A stretch of DNA of 54,538 nt, taken from assembly GCA_011774835.1 (NCBI GenBank), contig JAACAK010000083.1, forward strand, positions 104,263 to 158,800, given 5' to 3'. Source of the DNA: Candidatus Kutchimonas denitrificans. Lineage in GTDB: Bacteria > Gemmatimonadota > Gemmatimonadetes > Palauibacterales > KS3-K002. The notes under the pieces were generated by a model, which saw only the letters and a list, made by a program, of their open reading frames with translations, was not told the DNA's origin and searched no databases. How positions within the stretch are numbered: the stretch's first letter is position 1; the number at the start of each line of letters is the position of its first letter. Shown piece by piece: positions 21,006 to 31,600 of this stretch. The position numbers and the translations under genes are program-made.

Positions 21006-22148
21006 CTAGCCGGCGTGGCGACCGGCCGGCACGCCTGTAGTAACGCTGGCGCGACGCAGAAAGTTCACCACGATCAGCTGCGGGTTGATGTTCCGGTCCG
21101 CGAGCTCGCGAGCGTCCTCGATGGCGTCGAGGGCGGCGACGAGGGTTTCGGGGTCGAGGGGGCGCCCCCGGGCCAGGCTGCCGACGGCCTCGGGGTCGCT
21201 GGCGGGGGCACCGGTGGAGATTGCCAACAGGTCACGCAGAATGCCCCGTGTCACGCCGAGGATCCGGGCGAAGTTGCCCCGGGCGCCGGTGGAGCGGAAG
21301 CGGTGTGCCGCCGCAAGACGGGCGGCGGACCGGCCGTCGAGGAGGGCACGAACCAGGTCGCTGGCAAATGATCGGGACTCGTCCTGATCGGCGTCCTGCA
21401 ACTCGAGCGCAACGCCGATGGATCCCCCGGAGAGCCGTGCCAGCCTGTGGGCTTCGGCTGGCGCCAAGTCGAGCCGGTCGCTGAGAAACGCGGCGACCTG
21501 TTCGGTGGGCATGGGCGGAACGCGGACGGCCTGGACGCGGGATCGGATCGTGGGGAGGAGGGCGCCGGGCACGTCGCTGGTCAGGACGATCCAGGTATCG
21601 GCCGGAGGCTCCTCGAGGAGCTTGAGCAAAGCGTTGGCCGCTTCGGGGTTGGCTGCCTGGGGCACGAGGGCCTCGGCCCGACCGATGACGAGAACCTTGG
21701 CCGGTCCCATGGCCGGGGCCTTGTAGGCGAGTTGCCGCATGACCTGGGCGGCGGCGACGTAGATGCCGGTGGCCCCCTCCTCGTCGTCGAGATAGAGCGG
21801 ATTCGCTCGCCGCTCCTCCAGCTCAGCCGCCCGCTGGTCCTCGAGCTTCTTCCGGAGCCGGTCGGGGCCGGAGGCGCCCTTCGGTCTGGGGAGCGGGAAG
21901 AACCAGTGGACGTCGGGGTGTTGGAGGCGGCCGGCGAGGCGGCAGGAGCGGCACGCGCCGCAGGGACGGGAGCCGGGGCCGGGACAGTTGATCAGAGCGG
22001 CGATCCAGAGGGCGAGTCGCTGCTTCCCGACGCCTCGGTGCCCGTGGAGCAGGATCGACTGACCGAGGCGGCGGTTTTCGGCGGCCCGCGCCAGGCGCGC
22101 TTTCAGGTCCTCGTGTCCGAAAACGTCGAGGTAGGCGGGCTCAGCCAC
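21006..22148 (-). CDS. holB: DNA polymerase III delta' subunit
   Basis: LLHGHRGVGK, C..PCGACRSC, HPDVH, AANALLKLLEEPP, LLPTIRSR. Confidence 0.9.
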   Translation of the reverse strand: MAEPAYLDVFGHEDLKARLARAAENRRLGQSILLHGHRGVGKQRLALWIAALINCPGPGSRPCGACRSCRLAGRLQHPDVHWFFPLPRPKGASGPDRLRKKLEDQRAAELEERRANPLYLDDEEGATGIYVAAAQVMRQLAYKAPAMGPAKVLVIGRAEALVPQAANPEAANALLKLLEEPPADTWIVLTSDVPGALLPTIRSRVQAVRVPPMPTEQVAAFLSDRLDLAPAEAHRLARLSGGSIGVALELQDADQDESRSFASDLVRALLDGRSAARLAAAHRFRSTGARGNFARILGVTRGILRDLLAISTGAPASDPEAVGSLARGRPLDPETLVAALDAIEDARELADRNINPQLIVVNFLRRASVTTGVPAGRHAG

Positions 22149-23346
22149 CGCTCCTCCGCTTCAACCAGGGAAGGGGGTCGACGGCCTCGCGGTTGATCCG
22201 AATCTGAAAGCCGAGGTGTGCGCCTTCCGGCGTCTCGGAGCCGCCCACGCGACCGATCGGCTGACCCAGAATAACGGTCTCGCCCTGCATAGCAAGGATT
22301 TCTGACAGGTAGAGGTAGACCGAATAGTAGCCGCCGCCGTGACTCAGGATGACCGAAGGGCCGTAGCTCAGGTACGGCTGCGCGAATACGACCGTACCGC
22401 CGGCCACGGCTTTCACCGGGGCCCCCCGCTCGGCGGCGATCCCGATCCCGCGCCGCAGGATCGTCGTCCCGTCGGCGTTCGCCTGACGGCCGAACCGGTA
22501 GATCAGCCGCCCGTCGACCGGCCAATCGAGCTTTCCGCGCTCGGCTTCGGTGATCGTGCTGCGGGTCGGCTCCGACGCCGCCAGCGCCTCGGCGGCCTCG
22601 CGCTCACGCTCCAGCCGATCGATGAGTCCGTTCAACTCCTCCTCGTCCCGCTCCAGCTCGACGAGTCGCTGCTCGGTGGAGGCGTGAAGCCCCTGTACGG
22701 TTCGCAGGCGACGGCTCCGTTCCCGCTCGAGGAAGTAGAGGTCCTGGATCTCATTCACTTTCTGATTTCTCACCTCCCGCAGGCCGTTGGCTTCCTGGCG
22801 CAGTTCGCCGTAGTGCTCCTCCAGCTGGTCCTTCAGCTCCTCGATCTGGCGCACCAGCAGTCGGTCGTGCAGCGCCACCAGGTAGAGGTACTGGTAGCGG
22901 TTGATCAGGTCGGAAAAGCTCTCGGCCGCTAGCAGGACCTGGACGCTGGCCAGCGGCCCCCGCTTGTAGAGGTCGCGGGCGCGGCGTGCGAAGAGCACCT
23001 GCTTCTCGGTCAGCTGGTCCTGCGTCCGCAGCAGGTCGGCCACGGTCTCGCCGACCAGTTGATCGCGTATGGCGAGCTGATGATCGAGCTCGCGGAGCAG
23101 CGTTTCCTGGTTACGGGTCTGGCGGTTCAGGTTCTCGATCTCGGCGCGCACATCGTGGACCTGGGCGGACAGCTCGTTCATCTCCGAGCGCAGCCGCTGC
23201 TTCTCCTCCTGGATCCGCGCGAGCCGCTGGCGGCTGAGGCGGATCTGCTCTTCCAGCGGCTTGATCGGATCTTCTTGGCCCCGAACGGCACCCGCGGCGA
23301 CGAACAGGGCGAGGCAGGCCGGTGCGAGGGAGCGCGGGTTAAGCAT
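22141..23346 (-). CDS. envC: Murein hydrolase activator EnvC (coiled coil + degenerate M23)
   Basis: Signal peptide, long coiled coil, LDWPVDG, GIGIAA, M23 metal ligands degenerate; follows ftsEX. Confidence 0.85.
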   Translation of the reverse strand: MLNPRSLAPACLALFVAAGAVRGQEDPIKPLEEQIRLSRQRLARIQEEKQRLRSEMNELSAQVHDVRAEIENLNRQTRNQETLLRELDHQLAIRDQLVGETVADLLRTQDQLTEKQVLFARRARDLYKRGPLASVQVLLAAESFSDLINRYQYLYLVALHDRLLVRQIEELKDQLEEHYGELRQEANGLREVRNQKVNEIQDLYFLERERSRRLRTVQGLHASTEQRLVELERDEEELNGLIDRLEREREAAEALAASEPTRSTITEAERGKLDWPVDGRLIYRFGRQANADGTTILRRGIGIAAERGAPVKAVAGGTVVFAQPYLSYGPSVILSHGGGYYSVYLYLSEILAMQGETVILGQPIGRVGGSETPEGAHLGFQIRINREAVDPLPWLKRRSGG

Positions 23347-24202
23347 AGGAGACGAGGTGTCGCCGCAGGGCGGAGCCGCTAGCGAGGAGGCCGAGGAGGC
23401 CGCCGGCGAGGACGCCGCCGGCGGTCCAGAGCGAGGGCAACCATTCGAGGTCGATGAGCGACCCGTCGACGACCAGGTGGGCGCCGTAGGTCAGGACCAA
23501 CGCGAGGACGCCGCCGACCAGGCCGGTGATGAAGCCCTCGAGGAGGAAAGGTCGGCGGATGAACCCGTCGGTGGCGCCGACCAGCCGCATGATGATGATC
23601 TCCTCGCGCCGCGCGAGCACGGCCATGCGGACGGTGGTGCCGATGATCAGGATCGCGACGATGGCGAAAGCGATGCCGAGGATGGCGGCGACGGCGCCAC
23701 CCAGCCGGCGCAATTGAAAGATCTTGTCGACCCACTCGCGCCCGAAGCGCACGTCCTCGACGAAAGGATAAAGGGCTATCAGGTTGGCGACGCGCTCGAC
23801 CGACTCGGGGTCACGGAAATCGGGCCGCAGTTGAATCTCGATCGAGGCGGGCAGCGGATTCAGCTCGAGGTCGGTGAAGACGTCTCGGAACTCCTCTAGC
23901 TGCTGCATGGCGTTGCGCATCGCCTCGAACTTCGAGACGTGGTTCACGCCTTCGACCTCGGGGAACGAGCGGACGTCGTTCTGCAGCAGCTCGAGCTGGG
24001 CAGCGGAGATGTCGTCGCGCAGGTAGGCGACGACCTCTACGCGACGCTCGATCCCGCGCAGCGTGACGTCGACGTTGTAGGTCACCAAGCCGAAGGTGCC
24101 GAGAACGAAAAAGCTCAGTCCGATGCTGGTGGCGGAAAGCAGCGCCAGCCCCGGCGCGCGGCGGAAGGCCGCCACCGCCTCGCGGACGCTATGATACGGC
24201 AT
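23339..24202 (-). CDS. ftsX: Cell division permease FtsX
   Basis: NPLPASIEI, RREEIIIMRLVGATDGFIRRPFLLEG; ATG at 24202. Confidence 0.93.
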   Translation of the reverse strand: MPYHSVREAVAAFRRAPGLALLSATSIGLSFFVLGTFGLVTYNVDVTLRGIERRVEVVAYLRDDISAAQLELLQNDVRSFPEVEGVNHVSKFEAMRNAMQQLEEFRDVFTDLELNPLPASIEIQLRPDFRDPESVERVANLIALYPFVEDVRFGREWVDKIFQLRRLGGAVAAILGIAFAIVAILIIGTTVRMAVLARREEIIIMRLVGATDGFIRRPFLLEGFITGLVGGVLALVLTYGAHLVVDGSLIDLEWLPSLWTAGGVLAGGLLGLLASGSALRRHLVSYA

Positions 24203-24872
24203 CCGCGACCTCCGAGTCGTAGACGACCGCGCCTTCGGAAAGCTCGATGACACGGTAACCGGAGTAGCGGCGAACCAGCTCGAGGTCGTGGGTCGCCATC
24301 AGGACTGCGGTCCCCGACGAGTTGATGTCGCGGATCAGGTCGAACACGCCTCTCGAGGCCCGCTCATCCAGGTTGCCCATCGGCTCATCGGCCAGCAGGA
24401 CAACGGGGTCGTGGATCAGCGCCCGGGCCATGGCGATCCGCTGCTGCTCGCCGCCCGACAGCTCGTCGGGATAGGCGCCGGCCCGGGCGGCCAGCCCCAC
24501 CTGCGCCAGCAGCCGCTGGACCCTTCCCTTGATGTCGCCGCGCCGGGCGCCGCTGACCTCGAGGGCGAACGAGAGGTTCTCCGCCGCCGTGCGGTCGCGG
24601 AGCAATCTGAAGTTCTGGAAGACCATGCCGACGCGACGGCGCAACCTGGGGATATCGCGCCGCTTCATACGGGCCGACGAGTAGCCCGATACGCGCACCT
24701 CGCCGTCGCTGGGCCGCTCGGCCATATGGATCAGCCGCAGGACCGTGCTCTTCCCGGCGCCCGAGGGTCCAATGAGAAAGGCGAACTCGCCCTTGCGCAG
24801 ATGGAAGGAGACGTTCTTCAGGGCGAGCCCCGAGCGCGGGTACTCCTTGTAGACGCTGACGAGCTTGATCAC
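24189..24872 (-). CDS. ftsE: Cell division ATP-binding protein FtsE
   Basis: GPSGAGKST, LRRRVGMVFQ, LSGGEQQR, ADEP; upstream of ftsX. Confidence 0.93.
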   Translation of the reverse strand: MIKLVSVYKEYPRSGLALKNVSFHLRKGEFAFLIGPSGAGKSTVLRLIHMAERPSDGEVRVSGYSSARMKRRDIPRLRRRVGMVFQNFRLLRDRTAAENLSFALEVSGARRGDIKGRVQRLLAQVGLAARAGAYPDELSGGEQQRIAMARALIHDPVVLLADEPMGNLDERASRGVFDLIRDINSSGTAVLMATHDLELVRRYSGYRVIELSEGAVVYDSEVADAVS

Positions 24873-24918
24873 GAAACCCTGTCTCCAGGGGCGGAGCTAC
24901 AGGCAGGGGTACACGCCG

Positions 24919-25914
24919 TCATTCGCCCGCCAATCTATCCGAGTTCGACTGGGCCGTCAAAGATCGGCGCGCGAACTGCACCGCCGCCGCCAGCGCCGCG
25001 CGCATCGAGGACGTGTCCGCGCGGCCGCTGCCCGCGAGGTCGAATGCGGTTCCGTGGTCCGGTGAGGTGCGGGGAAACGGCAGGCCCAGCGTCACGTTGA
25101 CCGCTCGCCCGAACGCCGCCGTCTTGATCGCCACCATCCCCACATCGTGATAGGGTGCGAGGACGGCGTCGAACTCACCGCGCATGGCGCGGACGAACAC
25201 GGTGTCGGCAGGGAACGGGCCGTCGACCTCGATGCCGTCGCGACGGGTTCGCTCGATCGTGGGTGCGCAGATCCGTGCCTCCTCGTCCCCGAACAGGCCG
25301 CCATCCGAAGCGTGGGGATTGAAGGCGCAGACCGCGATTCGTGGGTCGTCGATTCCCCAGAGCCGGCGCAGTTCCCGGTGGGTCAGCCGTGCGACGGCCT
25401 CGAGCCCTTCGGCCGTGTAAGCCTCGGGAACCCGGCTCAGCGCCATGTGTCCGGTGACGAGAACGACCCGCAACGGGGATCCGTGCGGGGTCTCCTCGGC
25501 GGCGAGACAGAGGGCGGTGCGGGGAACGCCGGTGAGATCGCGGAGCATCTCGGTGTGTCCGGGCCAGCTGTAGCCGGCGGCGGCGATGGCCGCCTTGTGG
25601 ATCGGCGCCGTGACGATGGCGTCGACCTGTCCCCCGCGGGCCAGTTCGACGGCGCGCTCGATGGCGAGGACGGAGAGGCGGCCGGCCTGCTCGGCGCCGT
25701 CACCCGGCTGCCATTCCCCGACGGCGATGAGCTCGAGCCCGTCGGTTGCGGCGAGCCCTTCGGGTCCCACGAGCTCGAGCTCAGCGGAATCGGGATCGGA
25801 CTCACGGACGGCGCGTGCCGCCACCTCGGGTCCGATGCCACGCGGATCTCCGAGGGTGATGGCGATCCTGGGCCGCCGCGGCGCCGTCTCCGATCGGTCG
25901 TGACTAGTTCGCAG
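24919..25914 (-). CDS. pdxA: 4-hydroxythreonine-4-phosphate dehydrogenase PdxA (start probably CTG 25914)
   Basis: RIAITLGDPRGIGPEV (upstream of the track start), TAPIHK, GHTE, NPHA, YHD, RTSPDHGTAFD. Confidence 0.92.
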   Translation of the reverse strand: MRTSHDRSETAPRRPRIAITLGDPRGIGPEVAARAVRESDPDSAELELVGPEGLAATDGLELIAVGEWQPGDGAEQAGRLSVLAIERAVELARGGQVDAIVTAPIHKAAIAAAGYSWPGHTEMLRDLTGVPRTALCLAAEETPHGSPLRVVLVTGHMALSRVPEAYTAEGLEAVARLTHRELRRLWGIDDPRIAVCAFNPHASDGGLFGDEEARICAPTIERTRRDGIEVDGPFPADTVFVRAMRGEFDAVLAPYHDVGMVAIKTAAFGRAVNVTLGLPFPRTSPDHGTAFDLAGSGRADTSSMRAALAAAVQFARRSLTAQSNSDRLAGE

Positions 25915-27247
25915 GGTCGTCGTCCAGCCGGATCTCGATGTACGTCTTCTCTCGCAGATCTTCCACGACTCTCTCGACGATCTTCTGCTGCTCCACCTGT
26001 TGCCGGATCACGTCGCGGTAGTCTTCCAGCGTCCACTCGCCGCCGGCGCTGCGCTCGATGATCTCGACGACCGACCACTTGGGTGCCGTCCCCGGCGCCG
26101 CCAGCTCTATCGGACCCACGATGTCGCCGGCACGAGCTCCCTGTATCGCCTGGCGGAAGTAGTCGGGCAGCTGGTCGAGCGGCCGATCGGTGAGGCTGGC
26201 CAGCTCGCTGGGGTCGCCGTACAGCCGGATCAGCGAGTCGATGTTTGCCCCGGCGCGCAGCGCGGCGGCCACCGAGTCGGCGAGCTGCCGGGCCCGGTTT
26301 CGATCAGCCTCGGTGATCGTCGGACGAAAGAGGATGTGCCGCGCCTGGCGATCGTTGCCGCGTATGCGCTCCAGCTTGATGATGTGGAAGCCCACGCTGG
26401 TCTCCACGATGTCGCTGATTTGACCGGGCCGGAGCGACCAGAGCGCATCCTCGAACTCGGGCAGCAGGTCCCCCCTCTGCACCCAGCCCAGGTTGCCCCC
26501 GTCGGGCCGAGACGCCGCGTCGTCGGAGTACTCGCGGGCCAGGCGCGCGAAATCTTCGCCGGAGCGGGCACGGCTCAGCGCTTGCTCCGCCTCTTCCCGG
26601 GTGGTCATCAGCTCCTCTTCCGTGGGCCGGGTGGCGATGATGACCTGCTTGAGCGTCACGCTGGCCGGTTTCGGTCCCAGAAATGGCTTCTGGGCCTCGA
26701 AGACCTGGCGGATCTCCTCTTCGCTGACCGGCACGGGCTGCAGCTCCGAGATGCGGCGCTGCATGAGGCGCTCCTTCATGATCTGGGCGCGGGCCTGCTC
26801 GGTGAGGCGCAGACGGAAGCTGGCGGGCGTTTCGCCGCGGCTGGCGAGGGCCTGCTCGAACTGGAGCGGCGTCTGAAAACGGCGGCGGATCTGGGCGAGC
26901 TGGTCCTCGACCATCTGCTCGACCTCGTCGTTGCCGACGGTGATGTCCTCGCGTGCGGCGTGGACCAGCACCACGGTCTCGTTGATGAGACGCTCGAGCG
27001 CCTGGCGGTTGAAAGCCTCTCGCTGCGGCGTGTTCGCCGGCGGCACGTCGACACCTTGGCCGGCCTCGAGTGAGAAGATGAACTCCTCGAGCTCGGTGCG
27101 GGTGATCACCGAGTCGCCCACGATAGCGACGATCCGATCGACCAGTCCGGTCTGGGTCTGAGCGACCGTCGCGCCGGCCGATGAAAGGAGCGCGCCCACC
27201 ACGCTGACACCGATGAGCGCTAGACGGAGAGCCTGGCGGCCGGTCAT
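25904..27247 (-). CDS. surA: SurA-like periplasmic chaperone/PPIase
   Basis: VDRIVAIVG N-domain; parvulin motifs FARLAREYSDD, GGNLGW, GFHIIK; precedes pdxA. Confidence 0.88.
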   Translation of the reverse strand: MTGRQALRLALIGVSVVGALLSSAGATVAQTQTGLVDRIVAIVGDSVITRTELEEFIFSLEAGQGVDVPPANTPQREAFNRQALERLINETVVLVHAAREDITVGNDEVEQMVEDQLAQIRRRFQTPLQFEQALASRGETPASFRLRLTEQARAQIMKERLMQRRISELQPVPVSEEEIRQVFEAQKPFLGPKPASVTLKQVIIATRPTEEELMTTREEAEQALSRARSGEDFARLAREYSDDAASRPDGGNLGWVQRGDLLPEFEDALWSLRPGQISDIVETSVGFHIIKLERIRGNDRQARHILFRPTITEADRNRARQLADSVAAALRAGANIDSLIRLYGDPSELASLTDRPLDQLPDYFRQAIQGARAGDIVGPIELAAPGTAPKWSVVEIIERSAGGEWTLEDYRDVIRQQVEQQKIVERVVEDLREKTYIEIRLDDDPAN

Positions 27248-28674
27248 GACCCGTTCTCGCTCCCGCGATTCTCCGTTCCCGGCGGCCCCGCGGCGGCTCG
27301 CAGTTCGCGCAGCCGTTCGACGACCAGCGGGTAGCGGTAGGGGTGGATCAGGATCGCCGGCCCGTTGCGCCGCAGGGCCGGGGACGCTCGATCGAGCGTC
27401 CGTGTGCCGCGCCGGCCGAGGAACAGCATGTTGAATGCCTGATCCACAGCGGCGGGGATTTCCGGGGCGTCCTGTAGCATGATGGTGGCCCGGTAGCCGG
27501 CGTCTTGAGCGGCGACTCGCAGGTCGCCCCGGGCGAGGACGGCGACGCTGTCGGCCTGGCGGTCCGAGAACTCGTAGCCACTCGTTCGGGCGGCACGAGC
27601 GATGATCTCGTTGCGTGCCAGCTGGCGGAGCAGCTCGCGGGCGCTAGTCGTGTCGGGGCTCGCGAAGATGGCCTGCGCGTCCGGTCCCGAGCGGACGACA
27701 AAGTCGATCCACTCGCCCATGGTGAGCTCGCCGCCGTCGTAGCGGACGAGGATGGCCTGGCGATCGGCCGAGCCGAGGCGATTGAGCCGGGGTGAAAAGG
27801 CTATCCGCCTCAGGAGCTGGATGGAGCCTGGGCTGATCTCCACGTTTGCGGCCGCCATCAGCGAGTCGGCGAAGCCAGCTTCAATTTCCTCCGCCCTGCG
27901 ATCGATCAGATCCTTCTCGAATTCCGGGCGGACCAGATGGAATTCCGGATTGCGCCGCTGTGTGACTTCGAGGATGTGAAATCCGAAGTTGGTCCGGACG
28001 AGATCGCTGATCGTGCCCGGCTCGAGATTGAAAGCGATGCTGTCGAGGGGCTCGACCAGTTGGCCGCGTGTCTTCCAGCCGAGATCACCGCCGCGTCTCC
28101 CGCTGAGAGGATCAGCCGAGTACCGCTGGGCCAGCTCGGAGAACGACTCCCCCGCGACCAGCCGTTGCCGGATGTCTTCGGCCCGACGACGCAAACTGTC
28201 GACCTCGGCCTCGCTGGCATCGTCGGGAACCCATATCACGAGGTGACGGGCCCGTACCCGCACGTACGGTTGCTCCCGCTCGTACATCGCCCGGAGCACC
28301 GAGTCGTTCGGGATGGCGCGCGCGCGTAGAAGGTCAGCCTGCAGGAGCCCGGCCAGTGTCCGCTGCGTGTTGAATCGGGCGAGGGGCGCGATATCGAGCC
28401 GGGCGAACTCGTCCTCGCGGGCGTACTCGCTGGCCAGAACCGTGTAGCTGACCCACAGGTCGACCGTGCGATCGATGATCCACGTGTTTGCGGGAGCGAT
28501 GGATTCGGACACCGGGGCGAGCAGCTCGGCCAGGTGATCGATGGTCAGCTCGTAGCCGTTGGCGATCGCCACCGCGTCCCCGTGGCCCTCCATCCCTTCG
28601 CGCACCGACGAACAGGCGACTAGAAACGCGGCCAGCGAGAGGACCAAGATTCTTGAGAGTAGTTGATGTTTCAT
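27244..28674 (-). CDS. Parvulin-type PPIase lipoprotein
   Basis: Lipobox LVAC; VRARHLVI, FSELAQRYSAD, GGDLGW, FGFHIL. Confidence 0.85.
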   Translation of the reverse strand: MKHQLLSRILVLSLAAFLVACSSVREGMEGHGDAVAIANGYELTIDHLAELLAPVSESIAPANTWIIDRTVDLWVSYTVLASEYAREDEFARLDIAPLARFNTQRTLAGLLQADLLRARAIPNDSVLRAMYEREQPYVRVRARHLVIWVPDDASEAEVDSLRRRAEDIRQRLVAGESFSELAQRYSADPLSGRRGGDLGWKTRGQLVEPLDSIAFNLEPGTISDLVRTNFGFHILEVTQRRNPEFHLVRPEFEKDLIDRRAEEIEAGFADSLMAAANVEISPGSIQLLRRIAFSPRLNRLGSADRQAILVRYDGGELTMGEWIDFVVRSGPDAQAIFASPDTTSARELLRQLARNEIIARAARTSGYEFSDRQADSVAVLARGDLRVAAQDAGYRATIMLQDAPEIPAAVDQAFNMLFLGRRGTRTLDRASPALRRNGPAILIHPYRYPLVVERLRELRAAAGPPGTENRGSENGS

Positions 28675-28681
28675 GACTGAT

Positions 28682-31600
28682 TCAACCTGTTCTAACCAGT
28701 TCGCGCTGTTCCTCCAATATCCGTTCCAGCGCCTCCACGACGATCGGCGTGACGTCTCGGGCGCCAGGCTGACGAAAGAGCAAGGAGAGTGGTTGGAGGC
28801 GCCGCACCTCCACCTCCACCTCGCGTCCGGCCATGGCCTCCCGCAGCGACGTCAATTTCGGCATCGAGCCACGCCGGAAGTTAATACGAGCGGTCTCCGC
28901 TGTCGCCAGTACCCTCTCTACTCCTAAGCGGCCGCCGAGGATCCGGATCCGCGAGGCGGCGATGAGGCGCTCGACCTCGGCGGGCAGGGGACCGAACCGA
29001 TCGCGCAGCTCGGCGGACAGCTGCTCCAGATCCTCCAGATCGGCTACCTTGGACAGCCGGCGGTAGAGGTCGAGCTTCTGCGCCGGATCCGGGATGAAGT
29101 CGTCCGGGATGTACGATGCACCGGAGACCGAGACCTCGGGCACCGACGGACGGGGCTCGGCCCCGTTCTGGCCGGCGCGCAGGGCGGCGACGGTGTCCTC
29201 CAGCAGGTGAAGGTAGGCGTCGAATCCCACCGCCTGAGCGAAGCCGGACTGTTCGGCGCCCAGCAGATTGCCGGCGCCCCGGAGCTCCAGATCCTTGAGC
29301 GCGAGGCGATAGCCGGCGCCGAGCTCGGTATGCTGCTCCAGCAGCTGCAGCCGCCGCTCGGTCTCCAGCGGCAGGTTGTGGGGGACGACGAGGTAGCAGA
29401 AGGCGCGGTGGTGCGAGCGGCCGACACGTCCCCGTAGCTGGTAGAGCTGCGCGAGACCGAAGTAGTCGGCGCGATGGATGATCATCGTGTTGGCGTTGGG
29501 GAGGTCGAGTCCGTTTTCGATGATCGCGGTGGCGACGAGCACGTGGATGTCGCCGCGGACGAAGTCGGTCATCGTCTTCTCGAGCTGCCGCTCGGGCATC
29601 TGGCCGTGCGCGATCTCGACCCGAAGATCGGGGACGAGGCGACGGACCCTGGCGGCGACCTCTTGGATCGACTCGACCCGGTTGTGGACGAAGAAGACCT
29701 GACCGCCGCGGTCGACCTCGAGCCGTATCGCATCGGCGATGGTGTCATCTTCCCATGTGATCATGTGGGTGATGATCGGCTGCCGGTTGCTGGGCGGCGT
29801 GCGGATCACGGCCAGGTCGCGGAGGCCGCTCAGCGAAAGGTGGAGCGTTCGGGGTATCGGCGTGGCGGTCATGGTGATCACGTCGACACTCTGACGCAGT
29901 GCCTTCAGGTGCTCTTTCTGGGCCACCCCGAACTGCTGCTCCTCGTCGATCACCAGCAATCCCAGATCCTTGAACGGCACGTCGGGCGACACCAGGCGGT
30001 GGGTTCCGATGACGATGTCGACGCTCCCTTCGGCGAGCCGCTCGATGATCGCTTCCTGCTGCTTGCGGGTGCGGAAGCGGGAGAGCGACTCGATCACGAC
30101 GGGGTAATCGGCGAGCCGGGCACGGAAGGTGGCCAGGTGCTGTTCGACCAGCACGGTGGTCGGCGCCAGCACCGCCACCTGCTTGCCGTCCTGCACCGCC
30201 TTGAAGGCGGCGCGGATCGCGATCTCGGTCTTGCCGAAGCCGACGTCGCCGCAGATCAGCCGGTCCATCGGTCGCGGCCCCTCCATGCCCAGCTTCACCT
30301 GTTGGGCGACCCGTTCCTGGTCGGGTGTCTCGTCGTAGATGAAGGCGGCTTGCATCTCGCGCTGCCAGCGGGTGTCGGGGGCGAAGGCGTGGGCCTCGCT
30401 TACCCGGCGGCGGGCGTAGAGCTCGAGCAGCTCGGCGGCCATGGTCTGGATGGCCTGCTCGGTCCGCTTCTTCAGCTTGCTCCAGCTCTTGCCGCCCAAC
30501 CGATGCAGTCGTGGCGCCGGCCGGTCGCGATCATCGCCGGTCTCGGCCATCCACCGTTCGACCAGGTCGGCCCGATAGTGGGGAACGCGGAGGATGTCGC
30601 CGCCGGCGTATTCGAGCACCAGCGTTTCCAGCTCCTCGCCGCCGACGCTGACGCGCTCGAGGCCCCGGTACCGGCCGATCCCATGGTCGAGGTGGACGGC
30701 GAAGTCGCCGGGGGTGAGCGCGGACAGGGTCTCCAGCGTGGCCCGGCCCACCGTGCGGGGCTGGCGACGCGGCCGGCGGGCGCGGCGGAAGATCTCGTGA
30801 TCTGTGAACAGCCACAGCGGTGGCGTAGCGTCGGGGACGACGAAGCCGGCAGCCGGCGGAGCGAGGCCCAGGGTGATCTTGCGCGTCGTGGCGGCGCCGG
30901 CCGCGTCGGTGAGGATCTCTTCCAGTCGCTCCAGCTGGCCTTCGTTGTCGCACAGGATGAGGACGCGTGCGTCCTCCGCCAGTGCCTCCCGGATGGCGTC
31001 GATCAGGCGGTCGATGCGCCGGTCGATCTCGGGGGCGGCCCGGATCCCGAAGTCGATGTCCGCCGCGGCGGCATCGGCCACGATCCGCAGGCGGGCGAAG
31101 CGCTCGAGTGCGGCCCGAACGTCCGATGGCGGCCGCTGATAGCGCTGTGGCGTCTCTGAGCGGCGCGCCAGTTCGGTCCAGCTCCTTTCCCGCTCCGCCG
31201 CTTCGTCTTCGAGGTCGAGGTGAACGACCAGCATCGACTCGGGGAGAACATCGAGCAGGCTGCCGAGGCTGACGTCGTCGGCCGGACCGGCGGCGTCGCC
31301 CCGCTCGTCACGGGGGAAGCGCACGGGGAGCAGCCGGAGATCCTGGAGCTCGGCGATCGAGCGCTGGTCGAGCACGTCGAAGGAGCGAATCGATTCGATC
31401 TCGTCTCCCCAGAACTCGATGCGGACCGGGTCGAGCGTCGTGACCGGATAGATGTCGACGATGCCGCCGCGTACCGAATACTCTCCCACGGCTTCCACCA
31501 TGGGGACCCTGCGGTAGCCGGCGTCCTCCAGCGACTCGATGAGCCCGGCGTGATCGGCCGGCTGGCCCGTCGCCAGACGGATCTCCAGGTCGGTCCAGCT

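Noticed and set aside
29474-31159. Long antisense ORFs opposite mfd (likewise opposite uvrA, mltD, M28, PfkB and the ADOP permease)
   Set aside because: Typical stop-poor shadow frames of high-GC coding sequence; the opposite strand has clear family motifs
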